From the NCBI GenBank assembly GCA_032718475.1, contig JAUCBJ010009104.1, positions 9,383-73,382 on the forward strand: a stretch of 64,000 nucleotides of DNA, written 5' to 3'. This DNA comes from Nemertoderma westbladi (lineage: Eukaryota; Animalia; Xenacoelomorpha). Position numbers and translations under genes: made by a program. The notes beneath the pieces are model-generated. The model made no database searches. It was given only the letters and a program-made list of their open reading frames with translations, and was not told the origin of the DNA. Positions within the stretch are counted from its first letter, which is position 1; each line of letters starts with the position of its first letter. This document shows positions 35,233-47,100 of this stretch, one piece after another.

Positions 35233-36029
35233 ATAAAATTTACGGGAATAATTTTAAATTCATATCCTCTCATGAATTTGATAAATTGTCATTTTATGCA
35301 ATTTATAACATTCCCAAAATTCCATTAATTAATAGATCGTGGGAGCGGAGATTCACCCTATTAAGTATATTAGCGTGAGAGAATCTCCAATATATAGTCA
35401 ATAGCCGATAAAATTCATAAAATCATGTATAAAGGGGAATATTGACAATTAAAGAATTACTATTAAATAGCATCCCAGATCTGTATGCATGAGAATTACC
35501 CTAATTATACTGCTAGCTTTCCATAATGTCACCATAGCAACAACCACACTAGAATTAGAAGCGAGTTGAAAGAACAATAGAAAGCTTGCCCCATTGAATA
35601 GCATACGGAATAAATAGCGCACTGCTAGTATCCAAGGATACATAATAATAACGTGGCATTCTGGAAGGCACTTGACTAACGGACAAATGGCCTGAATGTG
35701 TACAATTTGTGACAGTTGTGTGGAATTTGTGCGTTTATAGGTGAACGATGCTACTAAAGTGTGTTTACAGTAGCTAGTCACAGTTGTGAAAGTAGCCCTA
35801 CCTCTGCAGTAAGAACCTGAAGTAAATCTAAGCCCTTGGGACGGACAGTGGAGTGACTCGCGCTGGTTATTGTTGTCGTTGTATAGCTACTACGTTGGCG
35901 ATAGGCACCGCGACAACAGTACATCGGTGCTGAGGATCTTGCGCTGTCCGGGGGCATTGAGGGGTAGGCAGCGACGCCCGCTAGCCTAATTACAATTAAT
36001 TATAATATTTATAAACTCATATAGCAGCT

Positions 36030-39000
36030 ATGACTGAGTTGATAGAAGATGATCTTGGTATCAGGGAGCGATATACCCTACCGTTGCAAGCGTTTGTTGA
36101 TAGCCTAATACGCGGCGACACTAGTCCAACTACTACGGAGGACGATGGCCGTTATATCGAACCGCCAATGTCCAAGGAACAACTCACGCATGAATTGGAC
36201 TATAGAAAATTCATCGCTCGCTATACGCATCGTAATGGTACGTATATGGACTTCTTAACTACTGGCCATCCTATCGATTTACACGATACGGACGATGTAG
36301 ACACCGAAAGGGAAATGGTTCTATTTAAATATCGTACCCAGCGGAGTCGGAACGATAAACCGAGAATCGAACACGAGAATTCTATTCGAAACCGACTCGA
36401 AAGAGAAGACGTTGAAGACCCGGATAAACGCAGCAACTTCAACGAATATCTGGAATTCTTGAGAGAAACATATCTCAATATTGCCAGCCAACAAAATCTA
36501 GAAACTCGATATCGTCAAGGTATACATCATGACCCTATGATAGAACTCAAACGGCTCTATTTCACTATGATGTATCTTACCGCCGATCGAACGCTACCTG
36601 TCGTCCCGGATAGCTTCGAACAGATGGAGGAATATTGTAAAACTGGAGAACGATCACCCGCGTTTCCCCTACAAGACGTGCGTCATTGGTATTATTGCGA
36701 TGAATGCCCTAGACCCAACCAGCAAACGGAAAGACATAAACATCCGCGGAGACGTTGCGCTAAACACAGTTTTACTCGCTATACTTACGGGAGTTTCGAG
36801 CGAAACTTGTTCGACATATCACCTACGTTTGCTCGACTCAAACGATCCTTAAATAAACCCATAATCAGAGTTCCGGAATACTCGGTCAGACCTCCTCATT
36901 CCCTAGTGAGACCTCAAACTCTTGATCCTAATAGTATAACGGATCCTCCTGAACTGTACTCACTGTTCAAAGATCTTGTGTTACCCGAACAATTAATCGG
37001 TGGCACTCCGGTAGTAGGCTCGCTAGATATTCGCCCCTCCTACCTAGCCGGATTGGGATGCGGACATCTAATATCGCCGTTCAACCCGTACAATCGTTCC
37101 GGTTTAACCCCGATACAACCCGTCACCGAAGTCGAGGAGAGCGTTGTACGAAACGCGTTAGACGCTATTCGGTAGAAGATCGGAAAAGGAACTTATGATT
37201 GTTTAGAGAAACGCAAATTGCAGCAACAAGTCCAAGCGGTGAAGGAGTTGGCCTTACCCTAGTTTGATCAAGAAATCCAGAACCTCGAGGAAGACATCGA
37301 ACTTGGACGAACCTATTCTCTACAAGAGTTCTTAGACAAATGCTTACAATGACAAGCGGAGGAAAATCAGCTCGAGGAGAAACACATCGAAATGGATGAG
37401 AGAGAAGAAGCAGCTTTAGCCCAACCAGAAGCTGAAATCCTTATGACTGATCTCTACTCCAAAACCATCATTCATCCCTCGATGGTTCCCCATTTCGGAG
37501 ACAAACTCTTCGCAACAGTACAACCCCACCGGTTGATATCAACCTAAGATCTCGACATCTTATCGCTGACGCTCCTATGTTACAGCATCCGCCAATCGAG
37601 GCCGCTCGTGTCGACGGTATACTCGTTGAACCTCCGGACAATCGAGCGGATCTTGTCCGTCGTATGGTACATGAGGTCAACATACGCGCTAGACCTTTAC
37701 CGAACTCGTTTTATGGGATCAAAGACCACCCTTATTATGTTAATCTAACTCAATATTATATGGTAAAACCGGAAGATCCTACACATAGTCTAAGGTTTCT
37801 ACCACTAATAAATCCTCTCGATCTTGTCAAACTTGAACAACTGCAGAAACATCTGGATCAGTTAGTGAAAGTAAACTCATTCAGAAAACCCTACAATGTT
37901 TCCAGAATAGAGAAAGATATACTGCCTCCGTATAATCTCGATGGATTTATCAAAACTCGATTAGTCCACTGGAATCTCGACATATTATTCGAGGAAGAGA
38001 GAATACAACGATATGGAGATGTAGAGACGTATACTACACAATATCTGTGTATAGGGATCTACCCAACGCTAGCGAATGCGCCACCTTATGGCATCCGGTG
38101 GGGATGACCCTAGAAAACGCCACTAAAGAGTGGAACGAAACTCTTAACGTTATCGAAATGTATGGAGTTGTCACTTACGTTAAAGAAGGTAGCGTTCCGG
38201 TTGGAGAACTGGGAACTACGCGCATGATACATATATGAGGATTAGCTGGTTCTAGCCACGTGTGTACTCGAGCGTGTTCCGACGTGATTGATTATTCTTT
38301 TGAGACCCTCACCGAGATACAAAAGAAACTCCGACATGGACAATTCGAACTCGCGCAGCGTTACGTCACCGACACCGAGCGCAAACCGGCCATGGGTATC
38401 GATGGATCGATGTTACCCCAGCCCGTGCTCGAGATGTTGTTTAACGAAAGAATCCTTAAAATCGGCTCAGCTGTTTATGGAGATCTCCAAAACGACTTTA
38501 GGAACATGGAGAATATCCCATATCCTTTCGTAGATACCCAGCTGATTGCTCCCTGGGCAGAAGGCCGAGGTTTCTTCCGAACTATGTATGCCAATACACC
38601 CAGCGGCATCAATAAAGTACAACGAACCTCCATCGGACATCTTGCCTTCCAAGAGTACGGATGGAATTTCAAAGTCGGAAACCCTATCAACTATCAACAA
38701 GTATATGGAGATCATTATTCTCGATTATACTTCGACGGACCATTGACCGCACCTGGCGTTGTGTATAGCTTCATGAGTGTTCCACTTCGTCCCTCATTAG
38801 CTATATACACTATATTCGAGAACGCCGCACTTGCCGGTTGGCTAGCCGATGTGTGCAGTCATACTATACGCGCCCATCCCTTAATACTTGGAACCAAACT
38901 CGCCAAGCTAGATGAACACAATAAATTCATCCGCTTCGAATGCTTTAGGCGCTTTCTGACTCCATTCCGTAACATTGATAGTCAGTTCAAGGACCGCGCC

Positions 39001-40314
39001 CTGACCAAGCTCAGCCTAAGAGACTCAGCTGCTGAGAAGTTAGACAGTGCTGGATTCGCCATTTTCAAGGACATTTGTATACAGAACTTACATTCCTCTG
39101 TTATACAAAGACCTCGAATCCCCATGGGTTATTCTATCGTGGAAGTTCAGACACTGGGTTCGCTTGAGGAGACAGCCACACCTACCTCAGCTATACAATT
39201 GGAAGACGAACCAATATGCTTAGAATCCGAGGAGATTCAGCCCATAGCGCCCCGGAGCAGTGACAACGATTACGTCCTGGAATGGTATCAAGGTCCACAA
39301 TGTCTCACCGCGTACGATTATCGGCATGCCAATTATGTCTCTAGGAAACGTTGCCGATTATGCGCATCTCGAGACCATTTCACCCCTGTGGACTCCAACG
39401 TACCCTGCTCCTACTTCCATGAACAGCCTACGATGGAGATCTATTGTGTGTATTGTAGATTCAATAACTTGCACATTTTCGCAGTCTGCCCCCAATTTAT
39501 GACTCAATGTCATCATTGTCAGTTTAAAGGACATGCAAGTTTTGATTGCCCTTTCAACCGCGATCTGGAAAGTGTAGATGAAACGATTACCCTACGCTAC
39601 ATCCGAGCCTGGGAAGCGAACGCGGATTTACATTGTGAGTCACGTCATCGCTATTACCCTGGACATGCCTACGAAGGAGTTTATGCATTCCACCCGTATC
39701 TATTCGCGTCCATTGAACAAAAATCTCGCACACCGAGTTACGAACTAATGAAGCGTGTTGGCGAGAATATTTCGACCAAATTTGTTCGTAAATATCTCAG
39801 GAACATTAATCCCAACGATCTTAATTCCTCTAACTTGATCAACTTCATCCGTCAAGATCCGGAATATGGTGACTTGTTCATCAACTCGCATCCAGAACTA
39901 CAGGAAGTTCATAGACGACCCTATGAATATAGAGCCCAAGAACGCGAGTTAGAAAGAACCATCGAACCGAGGAAATTTCTCACTACTCACGGTCCACCTA
40001 CCGCTCTCGTGCAGACGACTCGTCAGAGACCAGTAAGAGCTGCTGTCCTGAAACGTGCTCTGAAGGTTGTTCGACCTCGCTCCACTGAGGTTGATATCGA
40101 TCAACCGGGTACCTCGACCGGCGGATACACCGACCGTAATCCTAAACCTTCCGATGCAATTGTATTGAACCCTTCACCCAGGAGTTATAGCCCTCCTAGT
40201 AAAGTGGCTCGCCCCAAAGAGAAAAAAAACTGCGTAAACGCCGTTCGCGTAAGAAAGACTAACTGTTTAGAGTATTTTTATATTTTAGAAACTGTGATTT
40301 TTTATATTTTATAG
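36030..40314 (+). pseudogene. Element B ORF3 (~1430 codons, about 4 in-frame stops and 2 frameshifts): DEDDy 3'-5' exonuclease-like domain plus CCHC zinc knuckles
   Basis: ORFs 36030-37175, 37577-38107, 38047-38238 and 38260-40314 join into one reading. LPQPVLEMLFNERILKIGSAVYGD, PFVDTQ, SIGHLA, GPLTAPGVVYS resemble WRN/EXD2/Mut-7 exonuclease motifs. CRLCASRDH, CVYC-x5-H-x4-C and CHHC-x4-H-x4-C at ~39350-39550. Confidence 0.72.
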
Positions 40315-40340
40315 AATTAAATCCCATTTTCTGGGAGCGG

Positions 40341-41482
40341 TGTAAAAGCTTTTGCGGATATAACAAGTAATTTTTCTCCGCAATGTACTGTGTAGGTGTT
40401 TTAGCGTACATAACAAGCCATTTTCTCCGCAGTGTACCGTGTAAGTGCTTTAGCGGACATAATAAGCCATTTTCTGCCGCAATGCACCTAATACTCTAAA
40501 AGACTGGAACTCAGATGACGAAATCTGTCAGCTGATTTACTGTCAACGTGGAACCTCTCTTTGTTCAGCTCGCTCAGCCAATCACAGCGATTTTCATTTT
40601 ATCTTGTACAGAGGCCTATGGAAAACCGCGCAATGCATTATGGTTTTTGTTTACCTTTCTGAGCCTCAGAACATCGGCTTAGAAATTCTTCTGTGCTTCT
40701 GTAGAAGTTTCAGACTTTGGCAAACATTAGACGGCTTTGATTATAAGAACGTAAATCTATTATCAAACCTGGCAAATCACACCAAACCATACCAAACTGC
40801 ATTATTTTACTTCTGTTTACTGTCTGTTATTAATTGTTATATGTTGATGGATATGTTGTTATATTTGGAGAATACCGATAAATAATCATAAAACCCCAAT
40901 CTTCTTGATTACTGAAGGTAAGAGGGACCGGTTACCTGTAGCAATTGCGACTTACATTATAGTGGTTTTAGTGTGAATTAAATGCTATTTCATAATCCCT
41001 ACATGTGTCAGTTGCTATCCTCCTTATATATGGTCAAATTCAGTGATGGTCGGCAGATCAGTGTGCAGCAGTGTGAAGTCGTATGCAGTAGTGTGACAGA
41101 TAATAAAGCATCTCCTAAAGAATGCGCTATTTACGAAAATCAGTAGCCATCTCGTTGTGTTTAGTATAAGTCATAACTCTGTTTTTATACTTAAAGCGCC
41201 ACGTCCTAAAGGAACTGTTAATATTTCCCCGAAAGTGAATAATATTGTCAGAGATTATATAGTAACGATCAATCGAATAATACCGTAGGTCTGCACCGCA
41301 ATCCCTTCAAAGCATCCGAATCCAGTCTCCCTTAACTGTGGGTGAATGATCGCGCATAGACTGGCTTTGGCTAATGTTATTTCATGTGCACTAAATACTT
41401 GTCATAGGCTAAAGTCGATTTATAAACAAGAGGACACCTAAAATTGGCAGGTTAAACTGCTTAATTTCTGAAAGCGCGAACA
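40341..41482 (+). repeat. 3' LTR of element B
   Basis: Constant offset of 16624 from the 5' LTR; preceded by GGGAGCGG and followed by TSD AATAT. Confidence 0.97.
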
Positions 41483-43479
41483 AATATGATATGAATGTGA
41501 TTTTAAAAAAATGCGATATGATACGAAAATGTTTTGTAATTTTTTCGTATCATAAAAAATTTATATATTATTAATTTCATAGTTATACGAAATCAGGATT
41601 ATTATTTTAGAAAATTATTTGACGATTTCAAATGATTTGACTATAAGTATTGCTGCTGTTTCAGTCTGTTATGACATATGAATGATTGATATGAACTTCA
41701 ACTTAATTTAGGAACACAGTTTACAGTAAGAGTTTTAATTCTTAGGTACTTATTTTTCAATTATCAAATTAACATAAATTCAATGGGCTGGCAGAAACAG
41801 CACCCCAATTGGAAATTTGCCTATGGTAAATAGAAAAAACTAAAAACCAACTACCGCAAATACCGCAGTAGTTGGCATTTGCGCAAGCGGTAGAGGTAGC
41901 GGTAGTAAAAAGCTCGGTATTTGCAGTAGCGGTATCGGTAGCACCGTACGATCCCTGGATGTCAGATCGGTCAGGCCTGGCTAGGAGCAATCATATACAC
42001 CGACCACTTTCTACTGTTAGGTACCTCTGCAACTGATATCGAGAGCATGGTCACTGGTCAGCTGTTTGTCCCTTGGTGCCAAAAGGGTAGGTCTGGAATT
42101 CTCAGCAGTAAAAACCTCATGGATTGTTGTGCATAATGGACACCACAAAATGGAACATACTACCTGCTTTATAACGATCAATGGCGTTTTAGTCGCCAGG
42201 AGCTCTTCCATTATATTCCTGGGCTTCAGAATCACCAGCCATCCAAAACCCAGGGATATACTCAATGATGCAATCCAGTCTATTTCCCGTTTCTCTCAGA
42301 TCTTATAGGAAGGGTTGGACTTCTAGATGGTTACCTAAGAACGTCGTTTACTACCTTTGGAATTCACTCGCTGTGCCTACCATCATGTACCAATTGAAAT
42401 TTAATATAGGAGGTGCATTGCACCTCCTATAGGAGGACAAGCAGCCATTTGGATTCCCTTGACAGAATGTACTGCAAATCGCTTCGTGGTCTGATTCACC
42501 TCTGCTCCTCTATCACCTCTCAGGATGTTGTTACCCTATATCGATGGTGGTACTCCGTTTGTGTACTGCTCCGTACTTTATGGAATGTCCAAGTTATTCC
42601 ATCGAGCTGGGAGCACATTGGAGCTCCCACATTAATAGACCGCGTCAGTGCCAATTTCATTGAGACTAGTCTCAATCTTCCATCACTGAGTTTGGAAAGC
42701 AATACGATCTCGGATACGCGAGTACTATAATGTGGATGTATAACATATTGCTATGCTAAGTTGAGCGAATAGTCAGCTTTTCACATCTACAACACCCCCC
42801 CCCCCCCCAAACCTCTCCTTCCACAAACTATTATGTTTGACAATATAATTAGCTTTTATTTGTTATTTGCTGCTATTGGTTATCGGTATTATTGGTTGCT
42901 GTTATCGATTGTTACCTGCTGCTAATGTTATTTCCCTATTTTCCCTATTTGACATTTCCGATGTTATGCGCATCTTAATATAGTATGTTACGAATATGAT
43001 TTCGGCTAGATACATTTTTACTTCTGTTTTTTTCTCACATTTTAATTGACCAATATAATACTGGTTCATCCGGGGGATTTTATGAAATAAAAAAACTTTA
43101 AGTATGTTAAAGAGTCCACCATACTGGCATTACAGGCTACAGGGGAATCTTATGAGTGTCATGGTGGACCTTCACATTGTCTGACCCGCCTTCTGCAAGT
43201 CAGTCGCGATGCGATGTATGAAATGACGCAAAGTAATTTTAGGTTAAAACAAAAACATGAGTTTATATAAAAATTCGAAGATTCTGAATTGGCTTAATTT
43301 TGAGATAGGACTTCCTATCGACTACATTAGGTCCTTCCAGACTTCCTGATTCTCCATGGTTGTTGTAATTTCATTGAACCGTGATCTACTTTCACGTAAT
43401 GTAGTTCATACATGTGGATTGTACCATAAAGCTCGGCAATTGTCATGTGTTGCCTCCAGCTAATGTTTTGGGCAACCCT

Positions 43480-43830
43480 TCGTAGTCTTGTGTAGCAGCC
43501 ATCAATTCGTTGTTCAAGTTATTTTTTCAGTGTCCAGGTCTCACCCCCGTATATAAGTACACTGTGACTGGAAAGAATTTGGCCTTCAGTTGATGGAAGA
43601 GGTATGATTTCCAAATGGTAACCATTTTTGATAGAGCTACCCAAGCCTTTGCTTTTCAAATTTACATATTTACATTTTCGTATTTTCTGGAGCTCTCAAT
43701 CTATGACCCAAGTTGATGGAAGTCATAAATGTTTTTAACCAGATGTTTTGATTGTGGCCAGTCTTACACGAATGGAGCCAATGTGTCACCTTCCAGTACA
43801 CCAACACCAGCCAGGATTAATAAGGAACTC
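43480..43830 (-). mobile_element. Degraded RTE LINE fragment
   Basis: Minus strand reads KAKAWVALSKMVTIWKSYLFHQLKAKFF...ETWTL, homologous to ORF 54792-55361. Confidence 0.7.
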
Positions 43831-44126
43831 AGTTTCACCATAATTTATATACCTTTTATAAAATCTAATATTGAACATTCTAACAGTTATAATACGGAGT
43901 GCTTGTGACATTATTTTATTCCAAATGAACCCTCGATTTAATATTTCCAATATTGTAATAATGAGCCCTTACTTTTAATTCGTTGTATTTTAGAATGTGG
44001 AATCGTTAAGGTCCTTTCAATTGACTATATGCGCTTAGTTAGTGCGGTTACTTACTGGTATACCTACCAATACCAAGTGATATTCAAACTTGGTATAATA
44101 TATCAATGGTATCAATTGGCTATATC

Positions 44127-47100
44127 CAGTGCCGGATTATGCCTCTGGTGGCCCTAATGCATATTTTAGTAATCTCCAAAAATGGCCCGAAAATTGATCT
44201 TTTTCCGCAAACCCTTTCAAAAGAAAAAGTTGCTAAAAAACTGTGAAAATGTTGCGAAGGAAAAATAGTATTTTCATTGGATGACTGCGTGCAAATAAGT
44301 ACTAAGTACTTTAATGATAAGTACTTTGCAAAAATAGTTTTCATCAGGAATTGTAACATTACTAAACGGCATTATATTTTGCCTATAAACCCTTTGCTAT
44401 AAAAAGTGTAATGGTTTTGGTAGAATTTCTCACGCTTTAATTTTTAATATATTAATGGGACCATTGCCCCAAATATCTATTTGTTTTATTTATAAAGCTA
44501 CTATTCTGAAATGTTAACACAATGATCTGTGTTCTTTTATATACGAGAAAGGCATTTCCTAAAGGAAATGCAACCACGAAGCTAAGGAAAATTAAACAAA
44601 CGGCCACACTTTGGTTCGTTGCTTAGCCTCGTTTAGTAGCAATTGTCAATAATTAACTTCTATTCCCATGGAAACTAGAGTTCTCTGGAACTGTTGCTTT
44701 AACCTTTGAAAAAAAATTCAGTACAGATTGTGGTTCAGATAACACATATACTGAGTTTCAGAAAATATTGTAGTTTATGTCCAGATTACCGATTTTCTAT
44801 CAAATTGCATCTGTTTGCAGTGGTTGTCATGGAAACTGAAAAATAGAACAATGTAATTCGGATGCAGAATAAGTCATATTGTGGGGGTAGGGGTTAGTCC
44901 CAAGTCATAATACTATTAACTTGTGCTTCAAATTATCATTTTATAAATTTTAACATCTGTTTAGACTTGTTGCTATGGTAACTGTATTTTCTAATTAACC
45001 TCAAACGGCTTGGATATGGATCTTATAGATGAGTTGCAAAACCCCAAGTTTATATATATTACAGTTTTGCTACAAATAGAGTTATCAATATAGATTTGAA
45101 TGATATAGAGTTTAATAAACTACAGTTACCATGGTAAGTAAATTTCTGGAATAATTTAAGTTTCACTAAAAGTTCCAACTCGTGGTCCAGATAACACATA
45201 CCCAGTTTTGTAAAATTTTATCGTGAAGTCTATGTCCAAATGAATAAGTTTTGAATAAAAACATCTGTTTTCAGCGGTTGTCATGGTAACTGAAAAATAG
45301 AACAATGTAATTCGGATGCAGAATAAGTTATATAGTGAGGGTGGGGTTGGTCCCAAGTCATAACACCTTGCCCTTAGGCCTCAAATTAACATTTTATAAA
45401 TTTTAACATCTGTTTAGCCTGGTTGCCAAGGTAACTGGATTTTCTATTTAACCTAAATCGGCTCTGCTATGGACCTTATAGTTGAGTTGAGAAACCCCAA
45501 GTTTATATGTATTATAGTTTTCCTACAAATAGAGTTACAAATCTTGACTTGAAATACATAGACTTTTTTCTAAGTCCGTTGTCATGGAAACCAGATTTTT
45601 CCTGGATATAAGACCCATTCCACACGACGCGCCTTGATGAGTACAGTAGTATATACATGCAAACTGATGAGTACAGTAGTATATACATGCAAAATTTCAG
45701 GGTACTTTTAAAGGCTATTTTTTTCTGGAATTAAAAAACACTAAATCTGCTCCATACAAGTAAAATAGCCCACTATGAATAGACCATCTCAGCTAAGGAA
45801 AATCTTTCTTAGCGAAAGTAGTTGATTTTCCTTAGCTTCGTGGATATACTGAGTTTCAGAAAAAATTGTAGTTTATGTCCAAATTACCGATTTTCTATCA
45901 AAATGCATCTGTTTTCAGCGGTTGTCATGGTAACTGAAAAATAGAACAATGTAATTCGGATGCAGAATAAGTTATATAGTGGGGGTAGGGGTTGGTCCCA
46001 AGTCATAACACCTTGCCCTTAGGCTTCAAATTAACATTTTATAAATTTTAACATCTGTTTATCCCGGTTGCCAAGGTAACTGGATTTTCTATTTAGCCTC
46101 AATCGGATCTGCTATGGACCTTATAGTTGTGTTGCGAAACCCCAAGTTTATATCTATTATAGTTTTCCTACAAATAGAGTTATAAATATTGACTTGAAAT
46201 ACATAGACTTTTTTTGAAGTCCGTTGCCATGGAAACCAGATTTTTCCTGGATATGAGACCCGGCCCAAAAGATGCGCATCGACGAGTAGTACATACATGC
46301 AAAAATTCAGGGTACTTTTAAAGGCTAGTTTTTTCGCCTATCAAAAAACCCCAAATCTGCTCCATACAAGTAAAATAGCCCACTATGAATAGACCATCTC
46401 AGCTAAGGAAAATCTTTCATAGCGAAAGTAGTTGATTTTCCTTAGCTTCGTGGATATATTACAGTTTTGCTAGAAATAGAGTTACTAGAAAGGCATTTCC
46501 TAAAGGAAATGCAACCACGAAGCTAAGGAAAATTAAACAAACGGCCACAATTTGGTTCGTTGCTTAGCCTAGTTTAGTAGCATTTGCCAATAAATAACTT
46601 CTATTCCCATGGAAACTAGAGTTCTCTGGAACTGTTGGTTTTACCTTTGAAAAAAGATTCAGTCCAGATTGTTTTTCAGATAACACATCGAGTTTCAGAA
46701 AATATTGTAGTTTATGTCCAAATTACAGATTTTCTATCAAAATGCATCTGTTTGCAGTGGTTGTCATGGAAACTGAAAAATAGAACAATGTAATTCGGAT
46801 GCAGAATAAGTCATATAGTGGGGGTAGGTGTTGGTCCCAAGTCATAATACTATTAAATTGTGCTTCAAATTATCATTTTATTAATTTTAACATCTGTTTA
46901 CTCTTGTTGCTATGGTAAATGGATTTTCTAATTAACTTCGAACGGCTTGTATATGGACCTTATAGATGAGTTGCAAAACCCCAAGTTTATATATATTACA
47001 GTTTTTCTCCAAATAGAGTTATGATTATAGACTTGAATGATATATAACTTTAAAAAAACTACAGTTACCATGGTAACTAGATATTTCTGGAATGTTTTGA

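Larger units (their letters stand above)
23717..41482 (+). mobile_element. Full-length BEL/Pao LTR retrotransposon, element B (17,766 bp) with extra ORF3
   Basis: Two 1142-bp TG...CA LTRs; 5-bp TSD AATAT (23712-23716, 41483-41487); gag-PR-RT-RNase H-IN order; PPT at 40333-40340. Confidence 0.97.
23352..41957. mobile_element. hAT-type MITE (~835 bp) interrupted by element B
   Basis: 15-bp TIR CAGGGATCGTACGGT / ACCGTACGATCCCTG; 8-bp TSD GATGTCAG at 23344-23351 and 41958-41965; subterminal GCGGTA repeats. Confidence 0.92.
23300..42750 (+). pseudogene. Old non-LTR (LINE) RT remnant split by the hAT/BEL insertion (pieces ~23300-23351 and 41966-~42750)
   Basis: Removing the insertion and one TSD restores GCQ|IGQAWLGAIIYTDHFLLLGTS (degenerate YADD); then GLEFSAVKT...TINGVLV...IIFLGFRI in ORF 42066-42308. 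Confidence 0.7.

Noticed and set aside
36030-40314. ORF3 as an envelope glycoprotein
   Set aside because: No signal peptide, convincing transmembrane helix or fusion-protein Cys pattern; the hydrophobic last residues follow an A8 run and are probably frameshifted UTR.
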